Source: Octopus sinensis
Taxonomy: Eukaryota
Direction of reading: 5' to 3'
Assembly (NCBI RefSeq): GCF_006345805.1
Contig: NC_043005.1
Span: 31,372,001-31,436,000 of the forward strand
DNA length: 64,000 nucleotides
Shown: positions 38,175 to 52,178 of the stretch, piece by piece
How the letters are laid out: the number at the start of each line of letters is the position of its first letter
Position numbering within the stretch: the stretch's first letter is position 1
Program-made: the position numbers and the translations under genes
The notes under the pieces: generated by a model
What the model was told of the DNA's origin: nothing
Database searches by the model: none
The model's input: the letters and a program-made list of their open reading frames with translations, nothing else

Positions 38175-39330
38175 TAGTCTTACTTTTATCATGTGCTTTC
38201 ACTGCACTACCGAGCGCAGGTTTGTGTGCCTTGCGTATATGCTGTGGTTTGTTGTGGTGCAATTTTCTGTATGTTATACATACTCGTAAGACCTGGTGTT
38301 TTTGTTATGTATTTGTCTGAATGTCTTTTTTTATACCTAATATCCTTCCTAAGATAGGAATTGTTTCTGATTTTAGGCTCCACATTCGAGTTACCTCTAT
38401 TTCGAGGTCTTTATACTTTGAAAGTTTCTCCATTTCTTTTAGAGAAACGTTGTCATCTGTTTGTATTGATACATCGATTAGAAAAGTTTTTCTTGGTGAT
38501 CTTTGATAACTATATCCGGCCTGTTGGCCTTTATTTCTCTATGTGTGTGTATTGGCATATCCCCGAATATGATTGCTCTCTCATTTTCTGTGACCTTTTC
38601 TGGCGTGTACCTATGCCATCTTTTTTCTGATGTTATTTCATAGTGTTGGCATTGCTTCTAGTGTATATATATCCCAACTCTGTCGTGTCTGTGAATATAT
38701 TCCTTCTTAGCCAGGACTGGGCAGCCAGAGATAATATGATTTATTGTTTCTTGTCCATCTCCACATATTCTGCAGTTACTTGTTATATTCCTTTTCATTA
38801 TGTGTTTTTGGCGATTTTTGGTGGGAAGGCTTTGATCTTGTGATGCAATTAAAAATCTTTCAGTCGCTGCTTTGAGTTCTAAGCTTCACAGCCATTGTTG
38901 GGATTTTGCTTTGTCTATTTCTTTTCTGTCTGGCTTAACCCAATATTCGCCATGTAGGGGCTGTTCCAGTTTTAAAGCTTGTGTTGTTTCATTTTTCTTC
39001 ATAGTTTTTAGGTACTGTGATTTCTTTTTTTGTATTTGTCAGCTTCCTTTGAAGATAGAAAACAGTTTTTTGTTTTGTTCATATTTTGTGGCTATTTGTA
39101 TTAGTTTTCCTTGCTTCTGAAGTGGTTACTTCTGTAGTCATATCGTGGTTATTTTGTAATAGTTTTTTTTTTAGCTGTATCAGGCCTCTATCACCTTCGA
39201 TACATAGTATAGGGACTTTCTATGTCAGATTTTGGTTGGTGCATTCTCAATCCTGTCATTATTTTTCTTGTTTTCCTGTTTAATTTGGTTAGTTCCTTTA
39301 GAGACCAGTTAAGAATATTATTATTATTAT
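38175..39330 (-). mobile_element. R4/Dong-like RLE non-LTR element, 3' part
   Basis: LNWSLKELTKLNRKTRKIMT..HQPKSD and CRICGDGQETINHIISGCPVLAKKEYIHRHD. The 5' edge abuts a (TAA)-like tract. Confidence 0.85.
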
Positions 39331-41332
39331 TGTTATTCTTGTTATTGTTGCTGCTAGGTGAATTAGCAAAGTCTTTAGAGCGTCGGACAGAATGCCCTAC
39401 AGTATTTCTGCCAAGTCTGTACATTCTTAGTTGAAGTCTCTCAAGGGTCAACTTTGCCTTTCATCCTTCCAAGGTCGATAAAATAAAATACCATTTAAGT
39501 AATGAAGTTGAAAGTCTTGACTAACATCTTCCCCAAGATGTTTGTTTCTGGCTTTGTGTCTAGACCAGAAATAATTATTTAGGGTGGTAGGTTAGCATAA
39601 AAGGAGAAGGAGAAAAAGAGAAAGAGTGAGAGGAAGAAGAATTGGTATATTAATCAATGGGCAATCTAAAAGATAAAGTTATGGTGCCTGGAGAAAGGCA
39701 CGAGAGTGATGTGCCAACGGTTGACAAGTATATTACCATAGAGTTAGTGTTAAATGAGAAGCATTTTGATGTGACTCTTTGGAGATGGTGGTCGTAATGG
39801 TGGTACCGCTGCTGTTGTGGTTGTTGTTTCTGCTGTTACGGCTGCTAAAGCTGTTGTTGTTTCACATAAAATGAATGATTAATAAAATGATTTAAACTAG
39901 GGAATAAGAACCAACTTTGGAAATTAGATCGCAATGAATAAATTTATATGAAGAATGAATATAAAATTAAAATATATTTTCCAATCAAGATTACTACCAA
40001 TCTAAAAACTAATTTACAACTGTGCATTAACATTTTCAAACAAGCAGAACGTCCAAAAAATCATTTTGTTCAACGCTTTAGTTGATCAGTTATACTTCTG
40101 AAATAAGTAAGATTTGAGTCCATAAATTCCTATATTTTAAACGAAAAGAAAAGCGGGATATTTGCCATTCACATCGTTCTGAATGGAATTAGACACTACT
40201 CAGTTGCTACTCGTGGGTATATGCAGGTTTAAATTTGTTTGGTCTCAGTATTTTGTTATAGAAACACATGGCAATTCTGACTTCCACCGTATTGAAATTG
40301 TTTGCATCTTAGTGGCTGAAAGTTGGGAAGTGTTTCAATCTTTTAAGGCTCGTGGCATTTTATTATCTCCCCGAAAATAATTATGATTCTTATCATTATC
40401 GCGAGTCACGAAAAACTACATATTTTCAAAACGAATCGGATTTGCTCTGTAAAACCGAATATATCTACATCCAAAATTCTCATCTGCTCAGTTTGTCTTT
40501 TTTGCTTCATTATTGACAATAATGAGACGAGGAATGAATGGAAGTGTATGTTTGTGAAGCCGTTACTGGATATTCTTCAGCGTTGGCAGGTTAATTAAAT
40601 TGGCTGCAACTTGGAATCTAAACTAAAACATGGACTTGATTAATCATAAAATAACATCTAATCTACAGAGCTCTTCACACTTTACTGAACAAATATATAG
40701 ATCCCCCCACTTTCATAGTGAATATCGCTTATAAAACATGATTTAACAGTTAGAAATAAGACTGCCTCTATATTAATAATTCTTCGGCATGATTGAATCA
40801 AACGAAATATAAATATGAAACAGTAGATACAGTACAAAGAAAAACAGGCAAACTTATATTTGTAGTCATTGTGACAGTTCATATAATATTACTGATGAGG
40901 GATTGCAATTTATAGAGCATATCCTAGACATAACGAATTACAAACGCAGTATTGCTGTGTGTGTAAGTGTGTGTGTGAGATATATGGAGAAAGAGAGAGT
41001 GAGTGAGTGAGAGAGATTCTAGACGGCAATATTAAAGAAAAACATAACATTCGAAAAACAATAGAGAAAGCTGAGTTGAATTTCTAGAATGATTTCATAA
41101 CACTGTTTCGAGAGTTTTTGTACAACGTATTTAAAACTCAGCCGGTTGTTGATTTGGGCAGATGTAATAAATCGAATCATGTGGAGATAATAGAATGGTA
41201 GTGGAAAAATTAAGAAAAATTTAAATAGAAACTAAAATCATGTTTGTGTGTGTGTGTGTGTGTGTTTGTATGTATGTATGTATGTATGTATGTATGTATG
41301 TATGTATGTATGTATGTATGTATGTATGTATG

Positions 41333-41374
<42 letters not shown>

Positions 41375-42240
41375 ATATATATATATTCTAAAATGAATCG
41401 GAAATTCATATAGTCATATAAACTTCTTTAATCTCATAAGTGACAAGCATGTAATAGAAAGAAAACAACTTTAATATAAAAAAAATGCAAGTATAACTCT
41501 TGAAATATTCAAAATTAAGTTACTTTAACATAAATCCCGTCGTTCGACATACTTCGATTTCGTATCCAGTTTGTCTTAATTATATTGACATAATGACTCT
41601 CTATATACACAACAAAATAATGTTAGACAATTTAAAATGAAAAGAAAACAACTCCTACCAATAGAAATATTAATATTTCTAAGACTTTCTACGGCAGCAG
41701 TACTGGATATAGTTATCACCATGGCAGTCCAGCAAAACAGGACGAATGCTGCCGTTGATTAGCTCCAAGAGGCCTTCGCCTCTAGCTAGCTATGTGACAC
41801 ACGAACCTGTATCCATTACAACCTTCGAACAGGGGATTTCAGCAGCTTCCCCTTGCTGGTTCAACATCCATAAGACAAGTCAATAGCGACGCTTGCTGTG
41901 TTCGGCTACCCCACATTGAGAAGGGGCAAATAACCCGAAACTTGCATGTGCAATCATTCCTTTCACCTGATTGTTGTTCTCAGGGTCTTTTTGCTCTTGT
42001 ATAGAGAGTATTTCGCACTGGTGGCTGTAATTGATTTCAGCGCAAAATGAATCAGTTGCAGCGCAGACTTCAATACGATAGGTTGGGGGTCTCCATCAAG
42101 GTAACGCGTGCTGAAGAAGCTAAGGCGATTTTTTTGCCAGTGCAGAAACCGGTCCAAGCGAGACCAAATTCTTAAATAAACGTTAGGAGATTTTATTAAC
42201 CTGATATGCTTTCAGTTGATTTCTGTAGTAGGCATCAGTA

Positions 42241-42321
42241 GAATCGAACTCGGAATCTTGGGGTTAGTTGCCCGCCCTCTTAACCAGTACGCCATATGCC
42301 CGTAAGCAGTGACCCGAACAC

Positions 42322-42368
<47 letters not shown>

Positions 42369-42526
42369 TCATTCGAAAAATACTTTAGGAACGAGAACCC
42401 AAGACACCTGATGAAGGCTGGAGGGTATAGCAGCCGAAACGCTGTGTTAACAACAAACAAGATGAGGACAAATATCTGTCAAATGTAAATAATTTACATA
42501 ATTCCTCATCTCTTAAATATGGAACT
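42241..42526 (+). mobile_element. SINE family C copy B with inverted tRNA head
   Basis: 42241-42301 on the minus strand reads gggcatatggcgtactggttaagagggcgggcaactaaccccaagattccgagttcgattc. The plus strand resumes at gcagtgacc, then (TAA)n and the tail. Confidence 0.7.
42403..42448 (+). ncRNA. Candidate minimal type I hammerhead ribozyme relic
   Basis: GACAC-CUGAUGA-A-GGCUG-(10 nt)-CAGCC-GAA-ACGC-U-GUGUU. One C>U change restores the palindromic ACGU helix III. Confidence 0.55.
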
Positions 42527-43059
42527 GTTTATGAAATTGTTCAATATAATTTCTCTGGTAAAAAATAAAATAAAAAAAAAAAATTCCTGGAATATAAAAG
42601 TCCATAAGGAATATATTCAAACAAACTGAGAAAGTCTTTTGGGAAAGTGTACAATTCTACCACTTATAGTTTTCTTTTCATTGGTAGGTGATTTTAGAAT
42701 TGACTTGTGGATCTTTTCCTCAACCGTAAGTTCGCTGTTTTGTGAATTGTTCTGTTTCAAGTTATCTCAAATGTGTTATTCAAATTTTTATTTTCTGGTC
42801 AAAATAAGCTTTTTTAACTCTGTCTAAACTGACAATTTCTTTTTTACCATGCATATCCAAAGTCATAGTTTTATCTTTAATTGACAAAACTTTAAAAGGT
42901 CCAGTGTATTTATAATTCAGTGAATGATGACTGGCATCATTATGTACAAATACATGAGTCCAATAATTAATATCAGAAGGAATGAAACTTTAATATTTTG
43001 TAATTTACTTGTAAAAGAAGGAACATCAGAAAGAAATCTCTTGAGTCGGGTTACATAAT

Positions 43060-45260
43060 ATCTCCATTAAAAAAATTGGTTTCTTCAAACATTTCACCAG
43101 GTAGAATTAATGTTGTTCCGTACAGAAGTTCAGCAGAATATTGCAAATTTCAACTGCCTATGAAACCTCTCTGTCATGCCGTTAGATGGTGGATGATAGG
43201 AAATAGTACGAATTCTGTGAATTCCCAACAATTTGTTAAATTCTGCAAAAAGTTGAGGCTCAAGTTGTCTTCCTTTCCACGACCTGTCGTCAATGAGTTA
43301 GGTATGCCGAATCTGGACATCCAATTGGTAAATAAGTTTCTTGCTACAGTTACCGCAGATATGTCTTTGAGTGGATAAGCTTCTGGCCATCGCAAAAACG
43401 ACGATCCCTACATCGTTTACATGTTAACAAATAACTATTACCTTCCACAGGAGGCAATGGTCCAACTATGTGAATATGAATGTGTTGTAATCTGGCATCA
43501 GGATTTGCAAAAATACCTAATGGTGCTTTAATATGACGATTCACTTTTGCTCTTTGGCACTGTATACAAGATTCAACCCAAGAACGAATATCCTTATTCA
43601 TACCAGGCCTAACAAATCGATTCGATATTAATTTTAATGAAGCTCCAATGCCAGCGTGAGATAATTTATGTAAAGTAGAAAAAACAAACTTTTCTATGCT
43701 TTTCAGGCACAAATGGTCAAGAAAATCCTGTAGAAATATAACACCAAATATGTTATTTACAAGAATGAACCAGCAATAATTTAAATTTCAAAAAAGTAGA
43801 ACTGGAATTTTTATATAAAGAAAATTCTTTATCAGTAGTTTGATCCTTAGACATTTCTTCTAAATTGATAGTGCTTAATAAACATAATGTATCAACATTC
43901 ATTCGAGAAATTCAGTTACAGAATTTTCAGCACCTAGATATCTAATTTCTCTGGGAGAATATTTTTCAGAATAATTTTTTAGTGCATGTGTCAATGGTTT
44001 ATGGTCAGTAAATAATATAAATGACCTACCTTCAAGAAGATATCTGAAGTATTTAATTGACAAGTAAGCTGCCAACAGTTCTCTGCCGAAAACGCTGTAT
44101 TTCATTTCTGGTACCTTGAATTTTTTTTTTGAAAAGAAGGATAATGGTTGCCAAGAACCACGATGAAACGGTTGTAAAACTCCACCGATTCCAACATCGG
44201 AAACACCAACTATCAACGATAATTTTGCTTCAGGAACCGGATGGTTTAAGAGTGTATGCTTTGAAAAGCCTGTAATTCTTCATCTTTTAAAGTTATATAG
44301 CTTCATCTTTCTTTTTCCTATACTTTAATAATTCAGTTAAATAGACTTTCTGTGGAATGAAACGTCTGTAAATATTAATGATTCCTAAAAATCCTCGAAA
44401 CTTTCATAAAAAAATGGATACTGGAAATTTGTTAATAGCTTCAACTTTGTCTGGCAGTGGGCGAATTCCATCTTTATCAATGAGATGACCTAAAAAAGAT
44501 ATAGTGCGTTCGTCGAAAACAGACTATACCATAAATAGGTTTCGAAAATTTGTTTTAAGTGATTTTCATGAACTTCTTCTGACGGACTAGCAATGAGAAT
44601 ATCATCTATATTAGCAAATACAAAAGGTAAATTTCTCGTTACTTCTTCGATGGATCTTTGGAAAGTATTTGCTGCGTTCCTCAATCTGAAAGATATAGGA
44701 AGGAATTCATACAACACAAATGGAGTTCTAATTGCTGTTTTTGATATATCATTCTCAGGAATTTGATTGTATGATCTAACTATATCTTTCTTCGAAAAGA
44801 TATTACAAACACTCAACGAAGCTGCAAAGTCATGGATGTGTGGAATTGGATATTTGTCATCTTGTGTTTTTGCATTAAGCTGTCTAAAATTTCCGCATGG
44901 GCGCGAGTCTGTGAAATATTTTTTTTACTAAAACTAAAGGTGTAGACCAGTTACTGCTAGAAGGACGAATTATTCCGTGGTCTAACATGTGACGAGGTCT
45001 AACATGTGACGGCCTTAGCAATCTTTAATTTCTCTGGAGGTAGTCTGCGAGATTTGGAAAAACTTGGTGGTCCATAGATTACCATGTGATGAGTGATTGA
45101 ATGAATACATTTGATGTTTGAAGCTAATGGCTTTGTAATGTCAGGGCAATTCTTCAAAATCCTGTGATAACGATATTCGGAGGACGCCATAAAATATAAC
45201 GGACTAATTGTCGCACTCCTGCATCTAATGCCGTGAATGTTCAATTAAGTAACTGTGTCT
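43060..45260 (-). mobile_element. Ty3/Gypsy pol relic (RT, RNase H, integrase)
   Basis: DKYPIPHIHDF, KTAIRTPF..FRLRNAANTFQR, ANIDDILIAS, WQPLSFFSKK, RELLAAY, FTDHKPL, HKLSHAG..CIQCQRAK, VGPLP, RWPEAYP. Confidence 0.92.
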
Positions 45261-45299
45261 ATTAATTTTTGTATCTTTACATCTACCAGTAAATTGTAA

Positions 45300-45890
45300 A
45301 GTGAAAGAAAATCTATAAAACTGACAAAGGGTAGGTTTCTTATCATTGTTAGTATTTATTCACCAACAATGTCTCATTCTGATGAAACTGTAGGATACAA
45401 TCTCTTGTATCTGCATTTGACACAACTTAGGATGATTTGGGTTTGACCATCAACCTGAAAAAATAGCTATTGTGTTTCAACCTGCACGTGGTGCTATTTT
45501 CAATCCCACAAAAGTTTTGTTAAGGGTAAGTTACTTGAGGCTGTTGACTCTTTCATGAACCTTGGAAGCTCTGTACAAAATGATGGAAACCTAGACACAG
45601 AAATACATCTGCGAATTCAAAAGGCAGCACAAGTATTTGGTGGATTGGAGTAAGGCATTTGGCGCCACGGAATAAAAATAACAACACAAAATTGGCACTT
45701 AGAAATCGCTTGTCTTACCATCCCTGTTGTATTCTTCTGGGACATGGACGTGTAATGAAAGGCATTTCAAATTGTTAGAACGATTCCACTAAAAATGCCG
45801 TCGCTACATTTTAAGCATTAAATAGGGCCTTTTTACTCCAGACACAGATGTCTTTGCGTCTGCAGGCATCACTTCAATTACGTAAGAAAT
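45300..45890 (+). mobile_element. RTE-clade LINE RT C-terminal fragment
   Basis: GLTINLKK-like motif, VDSFMNLGSS..EIHLRIQKAAQVFGGL, and LERFH.KCRRYILSI. Confidence 0.7.
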
Positions 45891-47697
45891 TTATTCGGTA
45901 ATAGATGAAACCGGTATACGATTAATTCTTGATTTTATATAATTTTCATGTCTTGCCCGCTTATGTTCTGGTGTTCGCTGAATTTTTCTCTGGAGAACAT
46001 TTTTTTTCTGTGTAGTTAGATCGTATGTGATCTTCTAGCGTATGGTTATCCATATCCACCTAGTGGTTTATCCCTAAATATACACATGTATTGAAATTTT
46101 TTCTGATTTTTCAGATTTTTTATATGCTATGCTTTAGTAATTTGTCCAAGAAAAAAAGTGGCACAATTTTGCATCGAAAAGCGGATGGATACTAAATATT
46201 CCCAACAGGGCATCTGATGTTTGAGCGATGTGCTTGCAATGTTTTGTTTATTGACTTGGACAAGTTATGCAGAAGTATCTATGTAGACTTGAAGACGCAG
46301 GGCAATGTTAGTTAACATTAGTAACTGTTTCGATAAAAACTCGTGTTATAGGCTAATAATGGAATGTATGGGGTAACATAATACAACGGTGGCAATCAAG
46401 GACATTGGCAGTAACACTGACCTTTGAACCGTTGTCACTTAACATTGCAATAAAGACAGGATGTGGTGTTCAAAGGTAATAAAAAATGGCATATGACTTT
46501 ACAGGATCAATACGGTTTTACAATCCTTCTTGGGTACCATGAGAAACACAATTCCGGAACTATTGAACAGGAAAAGCAGTGAGATTGGTATTGTAGGGTA
46601 GAATGCCCATATGCTGCATTTGAGAGCTTTTTGCTTTGATGTACTACAAAGGAAAAAGAGTGAGAACAGCTATGAACAGCAACATCGCTTCTAATAGACT
46701 ACTGCTCCAACGACACTGTAAATAGCATCACATGGTTTAACGCTGAGAATGTTTCTTGACAGTCTACATCTGGGTCAGATGTTATCTGTCAAGAACCCCT
46801 TTCTGAGTTACATTCTGTAGTTTCATGAAATCGTTCTGCGATTATGAATAGTTCGTCAACAGTAAACAAAAGTGAAAATTTTGGGGTGGAGTACAATAGA
46901 AAGAATATCTCCACCCACCAAACTTTCACCCCCAAACGATGACAGCAGGACAAGTGGAAGGATATCCACCCTATCATGAAATAAAACAAGACTGGGACCT
47001 CCACTTCACCCTCGAATGCCATGAAATTTATAGTCCTGAAAAAATCTAACGAGAACCTTTTTGGATTCCTAACTTCGAGAGAAGAAAAAGGAAACTAGAT
47101 GGAGTTACTTTCTGAGAAATAGAGGCAAAATACAGAATTCTCAATAGAAAGCTTTTAGTGAAAAGTACCGGGTGCGACAAAATGATTTGACATATTTGTA
47201 AGTTTAATAAAAGCAAAAGAGAGTAAAGAAGAAAAAATAGGTTTTTATTTTCGAAATGTACATATAATACCATATTGTTTCATTTCGTTTTAAAACTTAA
47301 ATCAGTCAAGTGGGTGTCGTTACTGCCCATACATTGTCGAAGGTATCCTAAATATTGGCTGATTTGTTTATTTGTTTGGGTTGCTTCCCCATTGTGTAAT
47401 GTGCTATTTCGTTTCAAAATATGTTTTTCCAAATTCCAGAAGTGATATTTTGTTCTTATGTTTAGATGATATGATCACCTCAGAGTGCCTATTCATCACG
47501 TTTTCCCAGGCTGTTATGATTTCCAGGGTTTTATTTAGGTGTGGGTAACAGAATATCTACATCATTATAAAACATCCATAGAAAAGCTGTTATAAATATT
47601 CATCGCAAGGTTCTCTATCAAGGAAAAAATTAACACTCGTTTGTGATATGCCAAGTCATAGACAGCAGTAAAACCAAGGAGAAAAGTTCATCCTGTG

Positions 47698-47784
47698 TGT
47701 ATGTATGTATGTATGTATGTATGTATGTATGTATGTATGTATGTATGTATGTATGTATGTATGTATGTATGTATGTATGTATGT
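47698..47784. repeat. (TATG)n microsatellite
   Basis: Read directly from the sequence. Confidence 0.95.
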
Positions 47785-48768
47785 GTGGGGTGCACTTGAC
47801 TCTAGGTTAAAATAGTGTTTCACATTTATAATAAAAATACAAACGTAAAATAGTGCAATGAGGCATTAGACACCACTTGAGCAGTTAAGAGGGTAGAAGA
47901 TTAATGAATACCACCGACCAATACTTTATTTTATCGAACCCTGATCGGTGGGATTTGTACACAGAACATTAAAAACCAGTAAAAATAATGCCGGCAGGGA
48001 TTTTGTTCGGCGTCCAAAAGATTCTGCCAATCTACGACCCCCAATTAGAGTATAGTAACGTTAATAAATATTTATATTTATAAACTTGGGTGCAAGGTCC
48101 AAAATTGCTTTATCAAATTGGTTTATTTGATTTTCTACAGGATATAATTATTTCTATTAATTATTTTGGAAATGCATAATGCATTCTCAAAAGAATTAGT
48201 AAAAATATTTCTATTTTGCAAATGATATTCATCCCTATGTAAGAATAATTATTTTACAATTCTGATCTCAGGAGAAATCAGTATCTTACTTTAGACATGG
48301 AACAACAATCTAGCTTGTTTTGTTCACGTATCAGTCAGTTGATGAGGCATTTACTCCTTCCTCTCTGGCCAATAGCCGTTCACTGAGTATGTAAAGATTT
48401 ATTTTGTATTTATTGCCTGACATTGGTTAACCATTCACTAAGTGTGTGATGAAGAGCAAAGACAAGATCTAATTTCAATAATGCAGAGTTAGCATTGTAA
48501 GTGATAACAAAATAGATTTGAAAAGTAAAATATGTTTTATCAGCTGCTGGCTGTAATTGACAATGTTGCTCTTATTTCCGACATTTTCTTTGCTATTGTT
48601 CTTGTAGTTTTATTATGAGTTTCTAAACAAATTAAAATTTCATTTCAAAACAAATGTCTCGAACGTTTGTTTTTCACACACTTTTTAGATTTGAAGTAAA
48701 CTCTTGACTGAGACGGTTACTTGAAAAGTGCTCCAGCACTTTAGTTGCATATTCAGAATTTCTGCTTT

Positions 48769-48995
<227 letters not shown>

Positions 48996-49270
48996 GAGTA
49001 GACGAAGCATAGGCGGCTGAAGAAGGGGAATTTTCCTTGTGTTGTATGTCTTGTACTCTGTTTTTTCGTTGTTTAAAAAATTGTCCGTTTCCATGGTTTT
49101 GTTTTTATGTTTTCGTTTCTCATTGTGTTCGACCTTTGTTTGGTGTCCTGTATCCATATATGCATGTATATATACATATAGATGTAGGTACGTACATATA
49201 TGTATGTATATATGCATATGTTTTATTTATTATTTTGTTATTATATATATATATATTATATATATATATA

Positions 49271-49421
49271 CGACGGGCTTCTTTCAGTTTCCACTCACAA
49301 GGCTTTGGTCGGCTCGAGGCTATAGTAGAAGACACTTGCCCAAGGTATCACGAAGTGGGTATTTCTGTATGTATTTGGTGAGGAGGAAGGGGAAGCAAGC
49401 TTCTTACCACACAGCCACTCC
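49271..49421 (-). mobile_element. SINE family A 5' part with B-box region replaced by foreign sequence
   Basis: ggagtggctgtgtggtaagaagcttgcttcccc | 29 nt foreign | cccacttcgtgataccttgggcaagtgtc. Confidence 0.75.
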
Positions 49422-49456
<35 letters not shown>

Positions 49457-49676
49457 TATATATATATCGATATGTAATTGTGACATCAAAGGATATAAGC
49501 GTAGGAAGTTTGTAAGCTTCGAGAAGTCCGTAGTAGGTATAAAAGCAATGTTCAAGAACAGTAATACTTTATTAGCGTCGAAGGTTGTTGGCTTTTGCCA
49601 TTTCGAAGTGCGATAAGCTGAAAATGTTTTGTATACCTTACGGTCAGCAGATAGAGTTGCTATGAATGCGAATAAA

Positions 49677-49959
49677 AATCCAAATTGAGGGAGTGACACA
49701 GGTAAAATCCAGGCTACGTATGTTTCATAGACAGCAGATCATTTGATGTAATAATTACTTAACGAGGGGTACTCAGCTAGCTACTCATCTTCGAATACTT
49801 AATTTGGGATGCCCATGCGACAATCTAGCCATATAATTAAGGTATCTTCCGCCTCATGAATAGCTAGTTCTCGTTGTGTAATTATTACAACAGAAGATCT
49901 GGTAGCTAGGATTTGTATGTAGCCTTGATTTTACCTATCCCACTCCCTCAATTTGGATT
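49677..49959. repeat. 41-bp inverted repeats 200 bp apart (MITE-like)
   Basis: 49677-49717 versus 49919-49959, ~4-5 mismatches. Confidence 0.7.
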
Positions 49960-52178
49960 ACATGTGTGTGTATGTGTGCGTGCGTGTTTGCGCGTTTATA
50001 TAAGGTGTATTTGTGTTTTGCTTTCTATAAATATAATAAGTATGAAATCAACTGAATATATTTGAATTATCTTCAATTTGTATTATAGATCAGGTTATTT
50101 AAATATTTCTAACTGGTTCATTCTAGATTTCTGCAAGTATTAAATGCGGACGTGAATAAATTTCCTGCTAGATTGTCATTAATCTGCAACACATATTCAG
50201 AGACCTTGGTATGTTTCTTAGCGTAAATTAAATACATCAACTGATATATTTAAAGATTTATAAAAGCAGATTAGATCTGAAGTTCGACTTTTAAATGCAT
50301 CTTCACTTTTTCAGGGATTTACATTCAAAATGCATCAGCGCGCACACGCATGAACCGAATTTGTGTGTGTGTGTGTTTGTGTGTTTGTGTGCGTGAACAT
50401 AAATAACCAACTTCTGTCCAAATAGAAATATTAATTCCTATGTAATACTTTTTCAAAGAGTTTTGTGGCTTTATAACCACCAAATTAATTGAATAGACAT
50501 ATGGATTCATTCTTTCTGCAACAGGCACACTATTTTCTTTACATTTGAGAGGCTATTTGATATTTAATTAAATACATTATTTCGTATCATTTATGGTTAG
50601 GCTGATTTATATTTCCGTTTTCTGAGAACAATTCCATCCCATCTACACTCAGGATTTATTTTGCATTTATTGCCTAACACTGGTTAAAAAAATAATTTTA
50701 TTTCTTGGAGATTAAATTAGTGTTTACTGAATGTGGTTTTGATTCCAAATAGGACTTCATGTATAACATTTGAAATATTTCACGCTTTATTTTTTCTCAG
50801 TTTTACGCAAACTAAAATAAAGTTTTGTACAAACTGTCAATGTTTTAGCAAAAAACAAAACAAAACAAAAACGGAAAAAACTTGAGTAATTCATAAATTA
50901 ATTTTATTCCATTTGCCTACCACAGATTCAGTTAGATATAAAAGTTAAATTTTTAAATCTACGGTATTTTGTTGTCATTGCATGACTATCTTAATGAATA
51001 CTTACACCTTGTTCATCGCTTAACACACCAGAAAATCTTGATGAGTATTTTGGTATGAAGAAGGTACCAACTCCGCAACTAAAGGCAAAAGTGTACTATT
51101 CCTTTAAAACCTTTTTGCATAATCACTTCAAATATACCAAAGATTATATTCAAAATAATTAAAATTTAACCTTGTTGTAGATTTGGGAATTTTTTTACAA
51201 AGTTCTTGTAGTACTTATGAATTGCTTTTATTGATTTAACTAAATTTTTCCTTAAAGTAAACTACACACAAAGTTGGTAGAAATATCTTCTTTGAATTGA
51301 CAAAAGCGACATGATTGAACAGTGATAGACATAATTTGACTTATTTGTACGTCTTCCATATTCGTTAATATTCCAATCATGCTAATTTTTTCATCAAATT
51401 TCCATTCATAAACATGACATCAAATATTGTCGAATATGTCACGATATTTTTCAACTAAACGAGACATAGAGCCACGTATCCATGTCATTATTTCTTTCTT
51501 TTATGTTTACAAAATGGAGTATATGATTTTGGTATCACATTTTGTAGTGGAACTACTTAGAAGGTTCTTTGTGACTACTTAACAGTCATATGGTACAAAT
51601 GTCACAAAAAGGTTTATGGAGAGTTTAATGTCATTATAACAGTAGAAAAGCATGTTACAAAATTATCATCTCACTCTCGGCTGCGGTTCACTTGCTCATT
51701 TCAGTGAAATTAATTTAATTCCTAGAAAGTCTTGAAGCGAGATACTCAACCTCCTCTCTAGAAAGGGATTAGTCCCTCACAAGGTCATTATAATGCGTTG
51801 GAGAAATTAGTATATCAAACATTAACGTGGTATGTATTTAGAATCTGTAGAAATTTCAAAACCTGCATCAACTGCGGCTTCATCATGATTTTTTAAGGAA
51901 GCTAATTTATTATCTAAGGGAAAGGGAATAGCCATTGTGAGACTGGTCTATATGTAAAATATAAATTTATAACGATAATCATGTATTTATTCTCTACGGA
52001 GATCTCGCTATGTTAGCAATGCAACAATAACACTGACTATGAGCGTTATTGTTGTATGGGTATGGTAAAAGGTGTTGATCATGCTTCCTTGCTCAATCAA
52101 TCATATAGTTCACTTAAACAAACAGAGAAGATGTGATGTGATGCCATCTCCGTCTTGGTCAGCTGTTTGACCAGTAAA

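Noticed and set aside
42241-42301. tRNA gene call (also heads at 10134, 19545, 20324, 33676)
   Set aside because: Acceptor stems do not pair, and the heads are joined to SINE bodies present in multiple copies.
49016-49045. CTGAAGA-A-GG hammerhead-like half core
   Set aside because: No following GAAA or helix III could be found; at most a Penelope pLTR relic.
49421-49699. ORF beginning with a signal-peptide-like MSLPQFGFLFAFIATLSA
   Set aside because: Starts at GTG inside a 41-bp inverted repeat and ends in (TA)n; no splice or homology support.
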